Assembly (NCBI GenBank): GCA_002305925.1
Contig: DBRL01000013.1
Location: forward strand, 54,540 to 118,539
Source: Candidatus Peregrinibacteria bacterium UBA1369
GTDB lineage: Bacteria > Patescibacteriota > Gracilibacteria > UBA1369
Direction of reading: 5' to 3'
DNA: 64,000 bases
The position numbers and the translations under genes were made by a program. Below are positions 40,311 through 49,148 of this stretch, in pieces (position 1 is the first letter of the stretch; each line of letters begins with the position of its first letter). The notes under the pieces are model-generated. The model ran no database searches. It saw only the letters and a list, made by a program, of their open reading frames with translations, and had not been told where the DNA came from.

Positions 40311-42305
40311 TTACAAGTAACGCTCTTTAAGCTCGTCAATTTCATCGCGTAATTCGGCGGCTTTTTCAAATTCCAGATTCATCGAAGCCAGCTCCATCTG
40401 CTCCTCCAGTTCTCGAATGAAACGAGCCATTTCTTCGCGCGGGATTTTCTTCGCATCGATTTTCCTCTCGGGCTTCTGAACCTTTTTGCCGCTACCCATG
40501 GCAATATCCTTGACCGCCCGAATAATCGTCTCAGGAGTGATTCCGTGTTTTTTATTATAAGCCTGCTGAATGGAGCGACGCCGCTCGGTCTCCTCTATGG
40601 CCCCTCGCATGGAATCGGTCGTTACATCTGCGTACATGATCACCGTTCCGTTGACATTGCGGGCGCAACGTCCAATGGTCTGAATCAGAGCGCTCTTCGA
40701 ACGCAGAAACCCCTCCTTGTCGGCGTCCAATATCCCGATAAAGGACACCTCCGGTAAATCCAGCCCCTCCCGCAGCAGATTGATCCCCACCAGCACGTCA
40801 AACTTTCCCAGCCGCAAATCGCGCAGTATCTCGATGCGCTCAATGGTCTGGATATCCGAATGCAGATACTTTACCCTCACGCCCGCATCGGTAAGAAAAT
40901 CGGTCAAATCCTCGGCGGAACGCTTGGTCAAAGTGGTAATCAACACGCGCTCTTTGGCCCCCACACGCAGATGGATCTGCTCCAATAAATCATCGATCTG
41001 TCCCTTGCGCGGGCGCACCTCCACCGCCGGATCGATCAGACCGGTGGGACGAATGATCTGCTCAATCACCTGCCCGGCGCTTTTCTCGATTTCATATTTG
41101 GCGGGCGTTGCCGAAACATAAACCGCCTGGTTGATGGAGGACTCAAACTCATCAAATTTCAGCGGTCTATTGTCATGCGCGGAAGGGAGACGAAAGCCGT
41201 AATTAACCAGTGTTTCCTTGCGCGAATAGTTGCCGTTGTGCATACCCCCAATCTGCGGCACGGTGATATGGGATTCGTCGACAATCAGCAGGAAGTCTTC
41301 CGGAAAGTAGTCCAGCAGAGTCGCCGGGGGTTCACCGGGCTCACGCAGATTGAGATAGCGCGTATAGTTTTCAATCCCCTGGCAATAGCCCGTTTCCTTG
41401 AGTATTTCCATATCATACTCGGTACGGGTCTTGATCCGTTCGGCCTCCAGGAGACGCCCTTCTTTGAGGAATTGCTCACGGCGCTGCTGCATCTCCTCCA
41501 GAATTTTTTCCGCCGCCCGGTCAATCTTGTCCTTTGAGGTAATGTCATGTTTGGCCGGAAATATTTTGACGCTGTCCAATTCACGATATTCTTCCCCGGT
41601 AAAAGAATCCGCCTCGCTGATGCGTTCGATTTCATCACCAAAAAACTCAATCCGATAGATTGTGTCGCGGTCGGGCGGGAAAATCTCCAGGGTGTCGCCC
41701 AGCACGTGAAACATGCCCTGTTTGAATTCCATCTGTGAACGATTGTACTGAATGTCGGTCAGGTGACGCAACAACTTGTCCCGTTTGCGCTCCTCTCCCT
41801 TTTTCAGTTCAATGGCAAAGGCCATGTAGTCCTCCACCGAACCCAAACCATAAATACAGCTCACCGAGGCCACGATCAGCACGTCGCGCCGGGTCAGCAG
41901 ATTGGTGGTGGCGGCATGGCGGAATTTGGAAATTTCCTGGTTGATCGAGGCGTCCTTTTCTATGTAGGTGTCGGTACTGGCGATATATGCTTCCGGCTGA
42001 TAATAATCATAATAGGAGACAAAATAACTGACGGCATTTTCCGGAAAAAACTCCTGGAACTCGTTGCATAGCTGGGCGGCCAGAGTTTTGTTGTGGGCCA
42101 TCACCAAAGTCGGCCTCTGCAGATTTTGAATCACATTGGCCATGGTAAAAGTTTTGCCGGTACCGGTGGCGCCAAGCAAGGTCTGATGCCTTACCCCCTT
42201 ATGGAGATTTTGGCTGATTTTTTCGATCGCCTCAGGCTGATCGCCCTTGGGCTGATAGGGAAATTGAAGCTTGAACCCTGCCGGGCCCCCTGCTGCCAGA
42301 GACAT
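40311..42305 (-). CDS. uvrB: Excinuclease ABC subunit B
   Basis: [33 protein letters not shown]-terminal UVR domain. Confidence 0.99.
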   Translation of the reverse strand: MSLAAGGPAGFKLQFPYQPKGDQPEAIEKISQNLHKGVRHQTLLGATGTGKTFTMANVIQNLQRPTLVMAHNKTLAAQLCNEFQEFFPENAVSYFVSYYDYYQPEAYIASTDTYIEKDASINQEISKFRHAATTNLLTRRDVLIVASVSCIYGLGSVEDYMAFAIELKKGEERKRDKLLRHLTDIQYNRSQMEFKQGMFHVLGDTLEIFPPDRDTIYRIEFFGDEIERISEADSFTGEEYRELDSVKIFPAKHDITSKDKIDRAAEKILEEMQQRREQFLKEGRLLEAERIKTRTEYDMEILKETGYCQGIENYTRYLNLREPGEPPATLLDYFPEDFLLIVDESHITVPQIGGMHNGNYSRKETLVNYGFRLPSAHDNRPLKFDEFESSINQAVYVSATPAKYEIEKSAGQVIEQIIRPTGLIDPAVEVRPRKGQIDDLLEQIHLRVGAKERVLITTLTKRSAEDLTDFLTDAGVRVKYLHSDIQTIERIEILRDLRLGKFDVLVGINLLREGLDLPEVSFIGILDADKEGFLRSKSALIQTIGRCARNVNGTVIMYADVTTDSMRGAIEETERRRSIQQAYNKKHGITPETIIRAVKDIAMGSGKKVQKPERKIDAKKIPREEMARFIRELEEQMELASMNLEFEKAAELRDEIDELKERYL

Positions 42306-42430
42306 ATTTGAATTGCTACGGGATTATAAGATTTATAGACCATTTTGACCGCTCATCCAAGGGCATTTGGGCAGTCCGACGGCCTGGAACGTTGACAACG
42401 CAAAAATACATTGGAAAACCCTATTTAGAC

Positions 42431-42458
42431 TTTACTAATTCAAGAAATAGTGTATAAC
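42431..42458 (+). promoter_or_regulatory. Candidate promoter of the Cys-rich cassette
   Basis: TTTACT-16 nt-TATAAC just before the AT-to-GC transition. Confidence 0.5.
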
Positions 42459-42471
42459 TATGCCGGATTCC

Positions 42472-42722
42472 TCCCCCAACGGGGACAATGTGATCGTTGA
42501 CAATTGAGAAAAACACGCCGGTTTGACCAAGACCGGCACTAACAACCAAGATTACAGGCAAGGAGGTGATGCCCGATGCTAAACCAGTGGTGGAGCCTCC
42601 TGGGCGTCACCACAACCAGGGATTTCGTGCGGCGGGCCGGCAACGGCAACCCCGCACCACAACGTCCGCGCTGGCCATCCACGGCGGCGCGCAACCAGGA
42701 ACGGAGAGGAGAGAGATAGATC
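42472..42722 (+). promoter_or_regulatory. Structured 5' leader: boxB/boxA-like site, four hairpins, two SD sites, 47-codon uORF
   Basis: TCCCC-CAAC-GGGGA; TGATCGTTGACAA; GCCGGT..ACCGGC; GGTGATGCCC..GGGCGTCACC; GTGCGG..CCGCAC; CGCGC..GCGCG; AAGGAGGTGAT. Confidence 0.6.
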
Positions 42723-45700
42723 ATGGGAAAGCAACAGCGCAACTGGATGGCGGCGCACCTGATTACGGTGCTTGTCGCCATCATCGCAGTCGTGGGTGCT
42801 TCGGCACTGCTCGGCTGCGATTCGAACCCACCGGGGTCTGCCTGTCTCGACGAAGGCAACCCCTTCTGCTCGAACTACGTCCCTCCGGGGAGCGGTGGTT
42901 CGGGCAACAACACGAACACCGGCGGCACGGGCAACAGCGGAACCGGCGGCAACACCACGCCGCCCGTCAACTGCGGCGCCCTGCCGAACTTCAACTGCTT
43001 CGGCGAGTGCGTCGTCCTGACCACCGACGAAGCAAACTGCGGCTCCTGCGGCCGCGAATGTGGCAGCGGCCAGTCCTGCGTGGACGGCTACTGCACCTGG
43101 AACACGCCGCCAGACCAGTGCGTCCAGTCAAGCGAAGCCTGCGACGGCATCGACAACGACTGTGACTTGGCCATCGATGAGGAGTTCAATCTCTTCACCG
43201 ACGAAGCGAACTGCGGCACCTGCGGACGAGCCTGCGGCAGCGGCCAGTCCTGCGTCAATGGTCACTGCACCTGGGACGAGCCTCAAAACGGCTGCGTCTC
43301 ATCGACAGAGACCTGCAACGGCGTGGACGATGACTGCGACACCGCCATCGACGAGCCGTTCAATCTGCTGGCAGACACTGCAAACTGCGGTGTCTGCGGC
43401 AACGTCTGCGGGACGGGACAGCACTGCTCCAACGGGCACTGCGCGCTGGACGTCCCCGACGACCAGTGCGTTCCGAGCGCCGAGGTGTGCGACAGCGTCG
43501 ACAACGACTGCGACGGTACCATCGATGACGGGTTCAACCTGCTCACCGACGCACAGAACTGCGGCATGTGCGGCCACGCCTGCGACAGCCTGCAGTCCTG
43601 CGTCAGCGGTCACTGTGCCTGGGACACCCCGATCGACGAATGCGTACAGGCGGCCGAGGTCTGCGACAACGCGGACAACGACTGCGACGGCGCCATCGAC
43701 GAGACCACCAACCTGCTCTCAGACCCGCAGAACTGCGGCATGTGCGGGCGGGCCTGTGACACCGGAGCTCTCTGCCTCAACGCGATCTGCTACTTCTCCA
43801 CTCCGGTGGACGAGTGCGTGCAGCAACCGACAGAGCTCTGCAACAGCCGCGACGACAACTGCAACGGCTGGGTGGACGAGGGCTTCAACCTCTTCACCGA
43901 CCCTGCCAACTGCGGCATGTGCGGCCGCGACTGTAGCGCAGGAGCTGTCTGTGACTCCGGTCACTGCCAGCTGATCACCCCGATTCTGAACTGCACGCCT
44001 GCCCCTGAGGTGTGCGACTACACCGACAACGACTGCGACGGCGTGGTGGACGAGCTCATCAATCTGCAGACGGACGAGGCCAACTGTGGCGTCTGCGGAC
44101 TGGCCTGCGCGGCTGAGCAGGTCTGTGACACTGGCCACTGCCAGTGGATCACTCCTCCCCTCAACTGCACTCCTGCCAATGAGGTGTGCAACGGTGTCGA
44201 CGACGACTGCGACGGGGTGATCGATGATGGCTACTCGCTGCTCAATGATCCCCTCAACTGCGGCGCCTGCGGCCGCGCCTGCGGTGCCAACCAGCACTGC
44301 GAGAACGGGGCCTGCGCGCTGGACGTCCCCGACGACCAGTGCGTTCCGAGCGCCGAGGTGTGCGACAGCGTCGACAACAACTGCAACCTGTCAATCGATG
44401 AAGGCATCAATCTCTCCACGGACAATGCCAACTGCGGCGTCTGCGGAAGGATCTGCCCGGCAGGCCAGGTCTGCCAGTCAGGTGCCTGCTCCTGGATCGT
44501 GCCGCCCTCGGGCTGCACGCCATCCAACGAGCTCTGCAACGGTGTCGACGACGACTGTGACGGCGCCATCGACGACGGCTTCGTGCTCACCAACGACGAA
44601 GCCAACTGTGGCGTCTGCGGCCACGCCTGCGGAGCCAACCAGGTCTGTGACAACGGTCACTGTGCCTGGATCACCCCACCCCCCGGCTGCGCGCCTGCCC
44701 CTGAGACGTGCAACGGCGTCGACGACGACTGCGATGGGATTCTGGACGACGGCTACAACCTGTCCAACGACCCGCTCAACTGCGGACTCTGCGGATTTGT
44801 CTGCGCCGCCGGACAATACTGCCTCAACGGCCACTGCGCCTGGGAGTCTCCCGTCAACGTCTGCATGCCTGCCAATGAGGTGTGCAACAACGTCGACGAC
44901 AACTGCAACGGCCTGATCGACGAGGGCATCAACCTCGCCACCGATCCGGCCAACTGCGGCGCCTGCGGCCGGGTTTGCGCGCCCGGTCAGTCCTGCCAGA
45001 CAGGCAAGTGCATCTGGAACGTACCCCAGAACGGCTGCGTAACAGTCGCGGAGATCTGCGACAACATCGACAACGACTGCGACCAGCTGATCGACGAGGG
45101 CTTTGACCTGCAGAACGACGCCCTCAATTGCGGCAAGTGCGGAAGGACCTGCGCGGCCAACCAGCACTGCCAGGACGGCACCTGCGCCTGGAACGTGCCA
45201 CAGGACGGGTGCGTACCGGCAGTCGAAATCTGCGACAACGCGGACAACGACTGTGATGGTCTGATCGACGAGGGAATCGCCTTGCTCTCCGATTCCCAGA
45301 ACTGCGGCACCTGCGGCCACGTCTGCGGAGCGGGACAAATCTGCCAGAACGGCTACTGCAGTTGGCTGATCCCCGTCTCCACCTGCGGACCGCCGTCGTC
45401 GGAGGTGTGCGACAACACCGACAACGACTGCGACGGCTTCATCGACGAGGGGTATGACCTGCTCCTCGACGAGATCAACTGCGGCCACTGCGGGAACGCC
45501 TGCGCGGCCGGGCAATACTGCTCCAACGGGGCATGCGCCTGGATCGTGCCGGTTTCCTCCTGCGTACCGGCCCCGGAGACCTGCGACAACACCGACAACG
45601 ATTGTAATCAGCTGATCGACAACGGCTTCAACCTGTCGATCGACGAGAGCAACTGCGGTCAGTGCGGTACGGCCTGCGGAGCCAACCAGAGCTGCTGGAA

Positions 45701-46244
45701 CGGACACTGCGCCTGGAACACCCCGGTGAACGGCTGCACACCGGTGGCAGAGCTGTGCAACAACATCGATGACGACTGCGACGGCGCCATCGATGAGAAC
45801 TTCAATCTGTCGTCCGACCAGCTCAACTGCGGCATCTGTGGCCGGGTCTGCGCGGCAGGACAGTTCTGCCACGGCGGCAAGTGCCAGTGGTCGACGCCGC
45901 CTGCGGGCTGCACTCCCGCTGCCGAGACCTGCAACTACTCGGACGACGACTGCGACGGGATCATCGACGACGGATTCAACCTGTTGTCGAACAACTCCCA
46001 TTGCGGAGCCTGCAACAAGGCCTGCGCCGCCGGGCAATTCTGCCAGAACGCGCACTGCACCTGGGTCATTCCGCAATCCAGCTGCGTGCCGGCAGCAGAG
46101 AGCTGCAACCAGATCGACGACGATTGCGACAGCGCCATCGACGAGAACTGGAACTTCATGTCTGACGACCTGCACTGCGGAAACTGTTGGACGGTCTGTC
46201 CTGGCACGCAATACTGCCAGAACGGACAATGCAGGCTTCCATGA
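42723..46244 (+). CDS. Cys-rich tandem-repeat lipoprotein of myxobacterial type (MopE-like CDxxDNDCDxxxDE motifs alternating with DxxNCGxCGxxC modules)
   Basis: Lipobox ALLG-C, Gly/Thr linker, 18 units of about 58 aa with 8 Cys each; visibly higher GC than flanks; GGAGG SD. Confidence 0.9.
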   Translation: MGKQQRNWMAAHLITVLVAIIAVVGASALLGCDSNPPGSACLDEGNPFCSNYVPPGSGGSGNNTNTGGTGNSGTGGNTTPPVNCGALPNFNCFGECVVLTTDEANCGSCGRECGSGQSCVDGYCTWNTPPDQCVQSSEACDGIDNDCDLAIDEEFNLFTDEANCGTCGRACGSGQSCVNGHCTWDEPQNGCVSSTETCNGVDDDCDTAIDEPFNLLADTANCGVCGNVCGTGQHCSNGHCALDVPDDQCVPSAEVCDSVDNDCDGTIDDGFNLLTDAQNCGMCGHACDSLQSCVSGHCAWDTPIDECVQAAEVCDNADNDCDGAIDETTNLLSDPQNCGMCGRACDTGALCLNAICYFSTPVDECVQQPTELCNSRDDNCNGWVDEGFNLFTDPANCGMCGRDCSAGAVCDSGHCQLITPILNCTPAPEVCDYTDNDCDGVVDELINLQTDEANCGVCGLACAAEQVCDTGHCQWITPPLNCTPANEVCNGVDDDCDGVIDDGYSLLNDPLNCGACGRACGANQHCENGACALDVPDDQCVPSAEVCDSVDNNCNLSIDEGINLSTDNANCGVCGRICPAGQVCQSGACSWIVPPSGCTPSNELCNGVDDDCDGAIDDGFVLTNDEANCGVCGHACGANQVCDNGHCAWITPPPGCAPAPETCNGVDDDCDGILDDGYNLSNDPLNCGLCGFVCAAGQYCLNGHCAWESPVNVCMPANEVCNNVDDNCNGLIDEGINLATDPANCGACGRVCAPGQSCQTGKCIWNVPQNGCVTVAEICDNIDNDCDQLIDEGFDLQNDALNCGKCGRTCAANQHCQDGTCAWNVPQDGCVPAVEICDNADNDCDGLIDEGIALLSDSQNCGTCGHVCGAGQICQNGYCSWLIPVSTCGPPSSEVCDNTDNDCDGFIDEGYDLLLDEINCGHCGNACAAGQYCSNGACAWIVPVSSCVPAPETCDNTDNDCNQLIDNGFNLSIDESNCGQCGTACGANQSCWNGHCAWNTPVNGCTPVAELCNNIDDDCDGAIDENFNLSSDQLNCGICGRVCAAGQFCHGGKCQWSTPPAGCTPAAETCNYSDDDCDGIIDDGFNLLSNNSHCGACNKACAAGQFCQNAHCTWVIPQSSCVPAAESCNQIDDDCDSAIDENWNFMSDDLHCGNCWTVCPGTQYCQNGQCRLP
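43439..44378 (+). repeat. Exact 67-bp direct repeat (43439-43505 and 44312-44378) inside the repeat gene
   Basis: CTGCGCGCTGGACGTCCCCGACGACCAGTGCG...GACAGCGTCGACAAC, identical in both copies. Confidence 0.9.
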
Positions 46245-46253
46245 CGGTAGCCC

Positions 46254-46481
46254 CCCCAAGGTTGACGCAGCAACCAAGGGGACATCACCAGCCGACCAAC
46301 GCAGTGGTCAGCTGAACACGGACAGAGGTAAGAAGTCGCAGTTCTTCCTCCGTCCACCTCACCCCGAAACGTCCTTCCCTGCTTGACTACACATCAGCAA
46401 GGAAGGGCCTGACCGTCGATGACGGCTTGCCCGGAAACGGGGAGGGCGGATGTGTAATCCGCCCTCCCCGACCGGATCAGG
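46254..46481 (+). ncRNA. Highly structured 3' trailer or candidate ncRNA with three CGCAG-loop hairpins
   Basis: GGTTG-ACGCAG-CAACC; GACCA-ACGCAG-TGGTC; AAGAA-GTCGCAG-TTCTT; plus a 14-bp perfect stem at 46438-46470. Confidence 0.55.
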
Positions 46482-46500
46482 CTGGCATCGCAAGAACCGA

Positions 46501-46541
46501 AAAAGGCCGCCCCAGTGCATCGTGCACAGGGCGGCCTTTTC
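46501..46541. terminator. Bidirectional intrinsic terminator
   Basis: AAAAGGCCGCCC...GGGCGGCCTTTT between convergent genes. Confidence 0.8.
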
Positions 46542-46578
46542 GCTGTCCAAATTTAAGACAGACTTGTTTTTAATTCAA

Positions 46579-47859
46579 TCAGATCTTCCCCAGATTGTGC
46601 AGCTTGTAGAGCACCTGGGCCACCTCACGCCGTGAAGTGAAATTGGCCGGCTTCAAAGTGCTACCGGTAAAGAGACTGTTGTCTTTGGAATACTTGGCAT
46701 AATCGGCAAACCAGTCGGTGGAATGCACATCGGTGTAAGAAGCCCCCGTCGGCATGATTTCACCCAAATTGCGAAGAATTATGGCCAAAAACTCAGCCCG
46801 ATTAACTGAACGGGCCGGACGGAAATAGCCCGCATCCGCTCCCGCCTCATAACCGGTTACCACAGCCAAGGCCTTGGCCCGGCAAATATACTGATAGGCC
46901 CAGTCAGCAGCAGTCACGTCGGGGAAAGGGCTCTGACCGGCGCAATAATCGGCGGAACCACTGAAGTTCCCGAAGGCTTCCAGGGCGATCTTGGCAATTT
47001 GATCACGCTGCAAAAGTCCGGCAGGATCAAAGGTGCCATCGGGATTGCCAGTCATCGCGCCGATACTTTTTACATAACTGATAGCGTCACAATCGGCATC
47101 GGAAGCCGCCAGATCGGAAAAACCGGCACACTTGGCCACAATCTCCTGCGAAACGGTAAAAGTGGGAATCGAAACGGCCGAACTGAGATTCCCCCAGAAG
47201 TCCGCCACCCTGATTTTACAGTTGCTGTAAGTCCCGGGCTCCAGCGCCATAAAAGTAATTGTATTGTCACCCGCCACAACCTGACTGGTAGTACTCAGAC
47301 AGGCACCCTGATAACTGACATAGCCGGCCTCATCGGTTTTGATCACCACGCTGGGAGTGGTATCCGTAGTCGGTGAATCCACCCCGCTGACCAGAGAGAT
47401 AGTCGGCGCTACCACATCTATCAATAAAGGATCGATAGGATCAATTATTATTCCAGCCTTCACCTCAAAGGTCGGTACCTCCAGCTTGGCTGAGGTGAGA
47501 TCAAGGGCGTTTTTCACCGCCACCGTACAATTGCTGTGTATCCCGACATCAAGAGTATCGAAAACAACCAAATTGTCTCCGGCAATCGCTGTGGTAGTGG
47601 AACTGACACAGTCCCCTCCATAAATAATGTCTCCAGCCTGTGAAGAATAAAAAGTAAATTCCGGGGTTTTATCATAAGTCTCAACGGGCACAGGTTTAAC
47701 CACATGCAGGGAAGGAATCAGATTTGGAAAAACCGCATCCGGATCTATCGGATCAGGCAACGTGGGCGGCAAAAGAGCCTGCGCTGGCAAAACAACAAAC
47801 AAAGTCAGCAAACCCGAGAGCAAAAAACGGGAAAATATTCTCCAGCTAAAAATTAACAT
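46579..47859 (-). CDS. Secreted protein with two internal beta-rich repeats and C-terminal SLH domains
   Basis: Signal peptide; duplicated D.TP...AG...Y.G.C.STT....AGDN...F..L..G..SNC...PTF.V; FRPARSVNRAE. Confidence 0.82.
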   Translation of the reverse strand: MLIFSWRIFSRFLLSGLLTLFVVLPAQALLPPTLPDPIDPDAVFPNLIPSLHVVKPVPVETYDKTPEFTFYSSQAGDIIYGGDCVSSTTTAIAGDNLVVFDTLDVGIHSNCTVAVKNALDLTSAKLEVPTFEVKAGIIIDPIDPLLIDVVAPTISLVSGVDSPTTDTTPSVVIKTDEAGYVSYQGACLSTTSQVVAGDNTITFMALEPGTYSNCKIRVADFWGNLSSAVSIPTFTVSQEIVAKCAGFSDLAASDADCDAISYVKSIGAMTGNPDGTFDPAGLLQRDQIAKIALEAFGNFSGSADYCAGQSPFPDVTAADWAYQYICRAKALAVVTGYEAGADAGYFRPARSVNRAEFLAIILRNLGEIMPTGASYTDVHSTDWFADYAKYSKDNSLFTGSTLKPANFTSRREVAQVLYKLHNLGKI

Positions 47860-47979
47860 AAGCAATAGAATTAAAAATTTAAACTTCAATTTATTAAACC
47901 ACGAAAAACGGTATTAGTTACCTCACTTGATTTGACAAAAGCAACAATGAACTTAAAATTATCCCGTCACCCCCAAAAC

Positions 47980-48483
47980 ATGAAAAGACGAGCCCTGGCA
48001 ACCAACAACAATCAGGAGCAGGCATCAAACAACAATTTACGAGATACCATTCCGGACCACGACGACACTGTCTTTCCGTCAGAAGAGAGAGACACCCGGC
48101 ACACACAGGTTGATGCCCTGCTCAACCAGACCGCAGTCTGGTACAGAGATATTGTGATCAAAAAAAAACTACCCCCTGAAACTGTCGCCTTCCGCATCAA
48201 ACTGTTCAACCTGATCAAAAATGACTTTCTCAAGGCCGCTTTCGAAGAAATAGAAAAAATCGGCAAAACAAACAAAAAAAAAGTGGCCACCAAATACCAG
48301 CAAAACACCCTTGCCTACATCGGCATACTGAGAAACTCGCAATACGAACAACTGATCGGAGCGGCACTGGCAGACCGGCTGACCGCAATTTTCAACGACG
48401 GGGACTGGCACAGCGCCGAGGGCTTGGGCGCTATGCTGCTACAATTGCGTCCATTACTGACATCTTCTTTCGAAAACGACTAA
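47980..48483 (+). CDS. Hypothetical protein (start uncertain: 47932, 47947 or 47980)
   Basis: ORF with host-like codon usage, convergent with the next gene. Confidence 0.55.
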   Translation: MKRRALATNNNQEQASNNNLRDTIPDHDDTVFPSEERDTRHTQVDALLNQTAVWYRDIVIKKKLPPETVAFRIKLFNLIKNDFLKAAFEEIEKIGKTNKKKVATKYQQNTLAYIGILRNSQYEQLIGAALADRLTAIFNDGDWHSAEGLGAMLLQLRPLLTSSFEND

Positions 48484-49121
48484 GCAGGTTTCATCGCGCG
48501 GCCGGCCAGACCAACGGCCTTCGTAGCCAGCTGTGGCCATTTCTCTGCTTTCTGCAGCAATATTTGTATTTTATCCTCGGGCACGCCGGCCTCCCGGGCC
48601 TTATCAACAATTTCCCTGGTCTGCTCTTCAAAACTCTTCGAACTCCATTTGTTGGCCTTGAAAAAATAGTCTGCCGCATCGCCCAAAACCGGTATTGCAC
48701 CGGCGGCGAAATCGGCAACCTGCAAACCGATAATTTTCAGATAAGCCATACCTCCTAAATCAGCTGCCTTCGCCTCCATCAGCAAATAAATTCCGGAGAC
48801 AATCGAAGATGCACCATCACCAAGCTCGGGGATCAATGACAGCAGCGGATCAAGACCAATATCATCGGCAATAGTGGCAAAAAGCTTCACCCGCTCCTCA
48901 GAATTTTTGGCGGCACGCAGTTTTTCCATGATTTCCTTTTGCTGCGGAGTCAATTCACTTTCCACCTCCTTGCTTACCCGTTCCCGCGCCTCGGTTGCCT
49001 TTTGACCCACCGTCTCGCGCGCCTCCTGTCTATCCACCGACCTCTCACCGGACTCAATGGCCGCGCGGGCCCTGGGCCCGAGCAGAATTTCCGACTCGTC
49101 TTCCCTTAAAATTTCCGACAT
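48480..49121 (-). CDS. DUF4112-domain membrane protein
   Basis: IGLDPLLSLIP.LGD...D...GAIPVLGD..D..FKAN. Confidence 0.8.
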   Translation of the reverse strand: MSEILREDESEILLGPRARAAIESGERSVDRQEARETVGQKATEARERVSKEVESELTPQQKEIMEKLRAAKNSEERVKLFATIADDIGLDPLLSLIPELGDGASSIVSGIYLLMEAKAADLGGMAYLKIIGLQVADFAAGAIPVLGDAADYFFKANKWSSKSFEEQTREIVDKAREAGVPEDKIQILLQKAEKWPQLATKAVGLAGRAMKPA

Positions 49122-49148
49122 TTTGCTGTTTGGTTATGTTTTATAATT

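Noticed and set aside
42723..46244. Possible CRISPR array or DGR template/variable repeat pair in the repeat region
   Set aside because: Repeats are 174-nt in-frame coding units with synonymous divergence. The 67-bp copies are identical, with no adenine-specific changes, and no cas or reverse transcriptase gene is in the window.
43060..46386. Long alternative-frame and antisense ORFs (304, 230, 599 and 205 aa)
   Set aside because: Expected by-products of a GC-rich repetitive CDS; the translations are low-complexity.
42300..46600. IS, prophage or integron explanation for the GC-rich cassette
   Set aside because: No transposase, integrase, terminal inverted repeats, attC-like site or target duplication found by eye.
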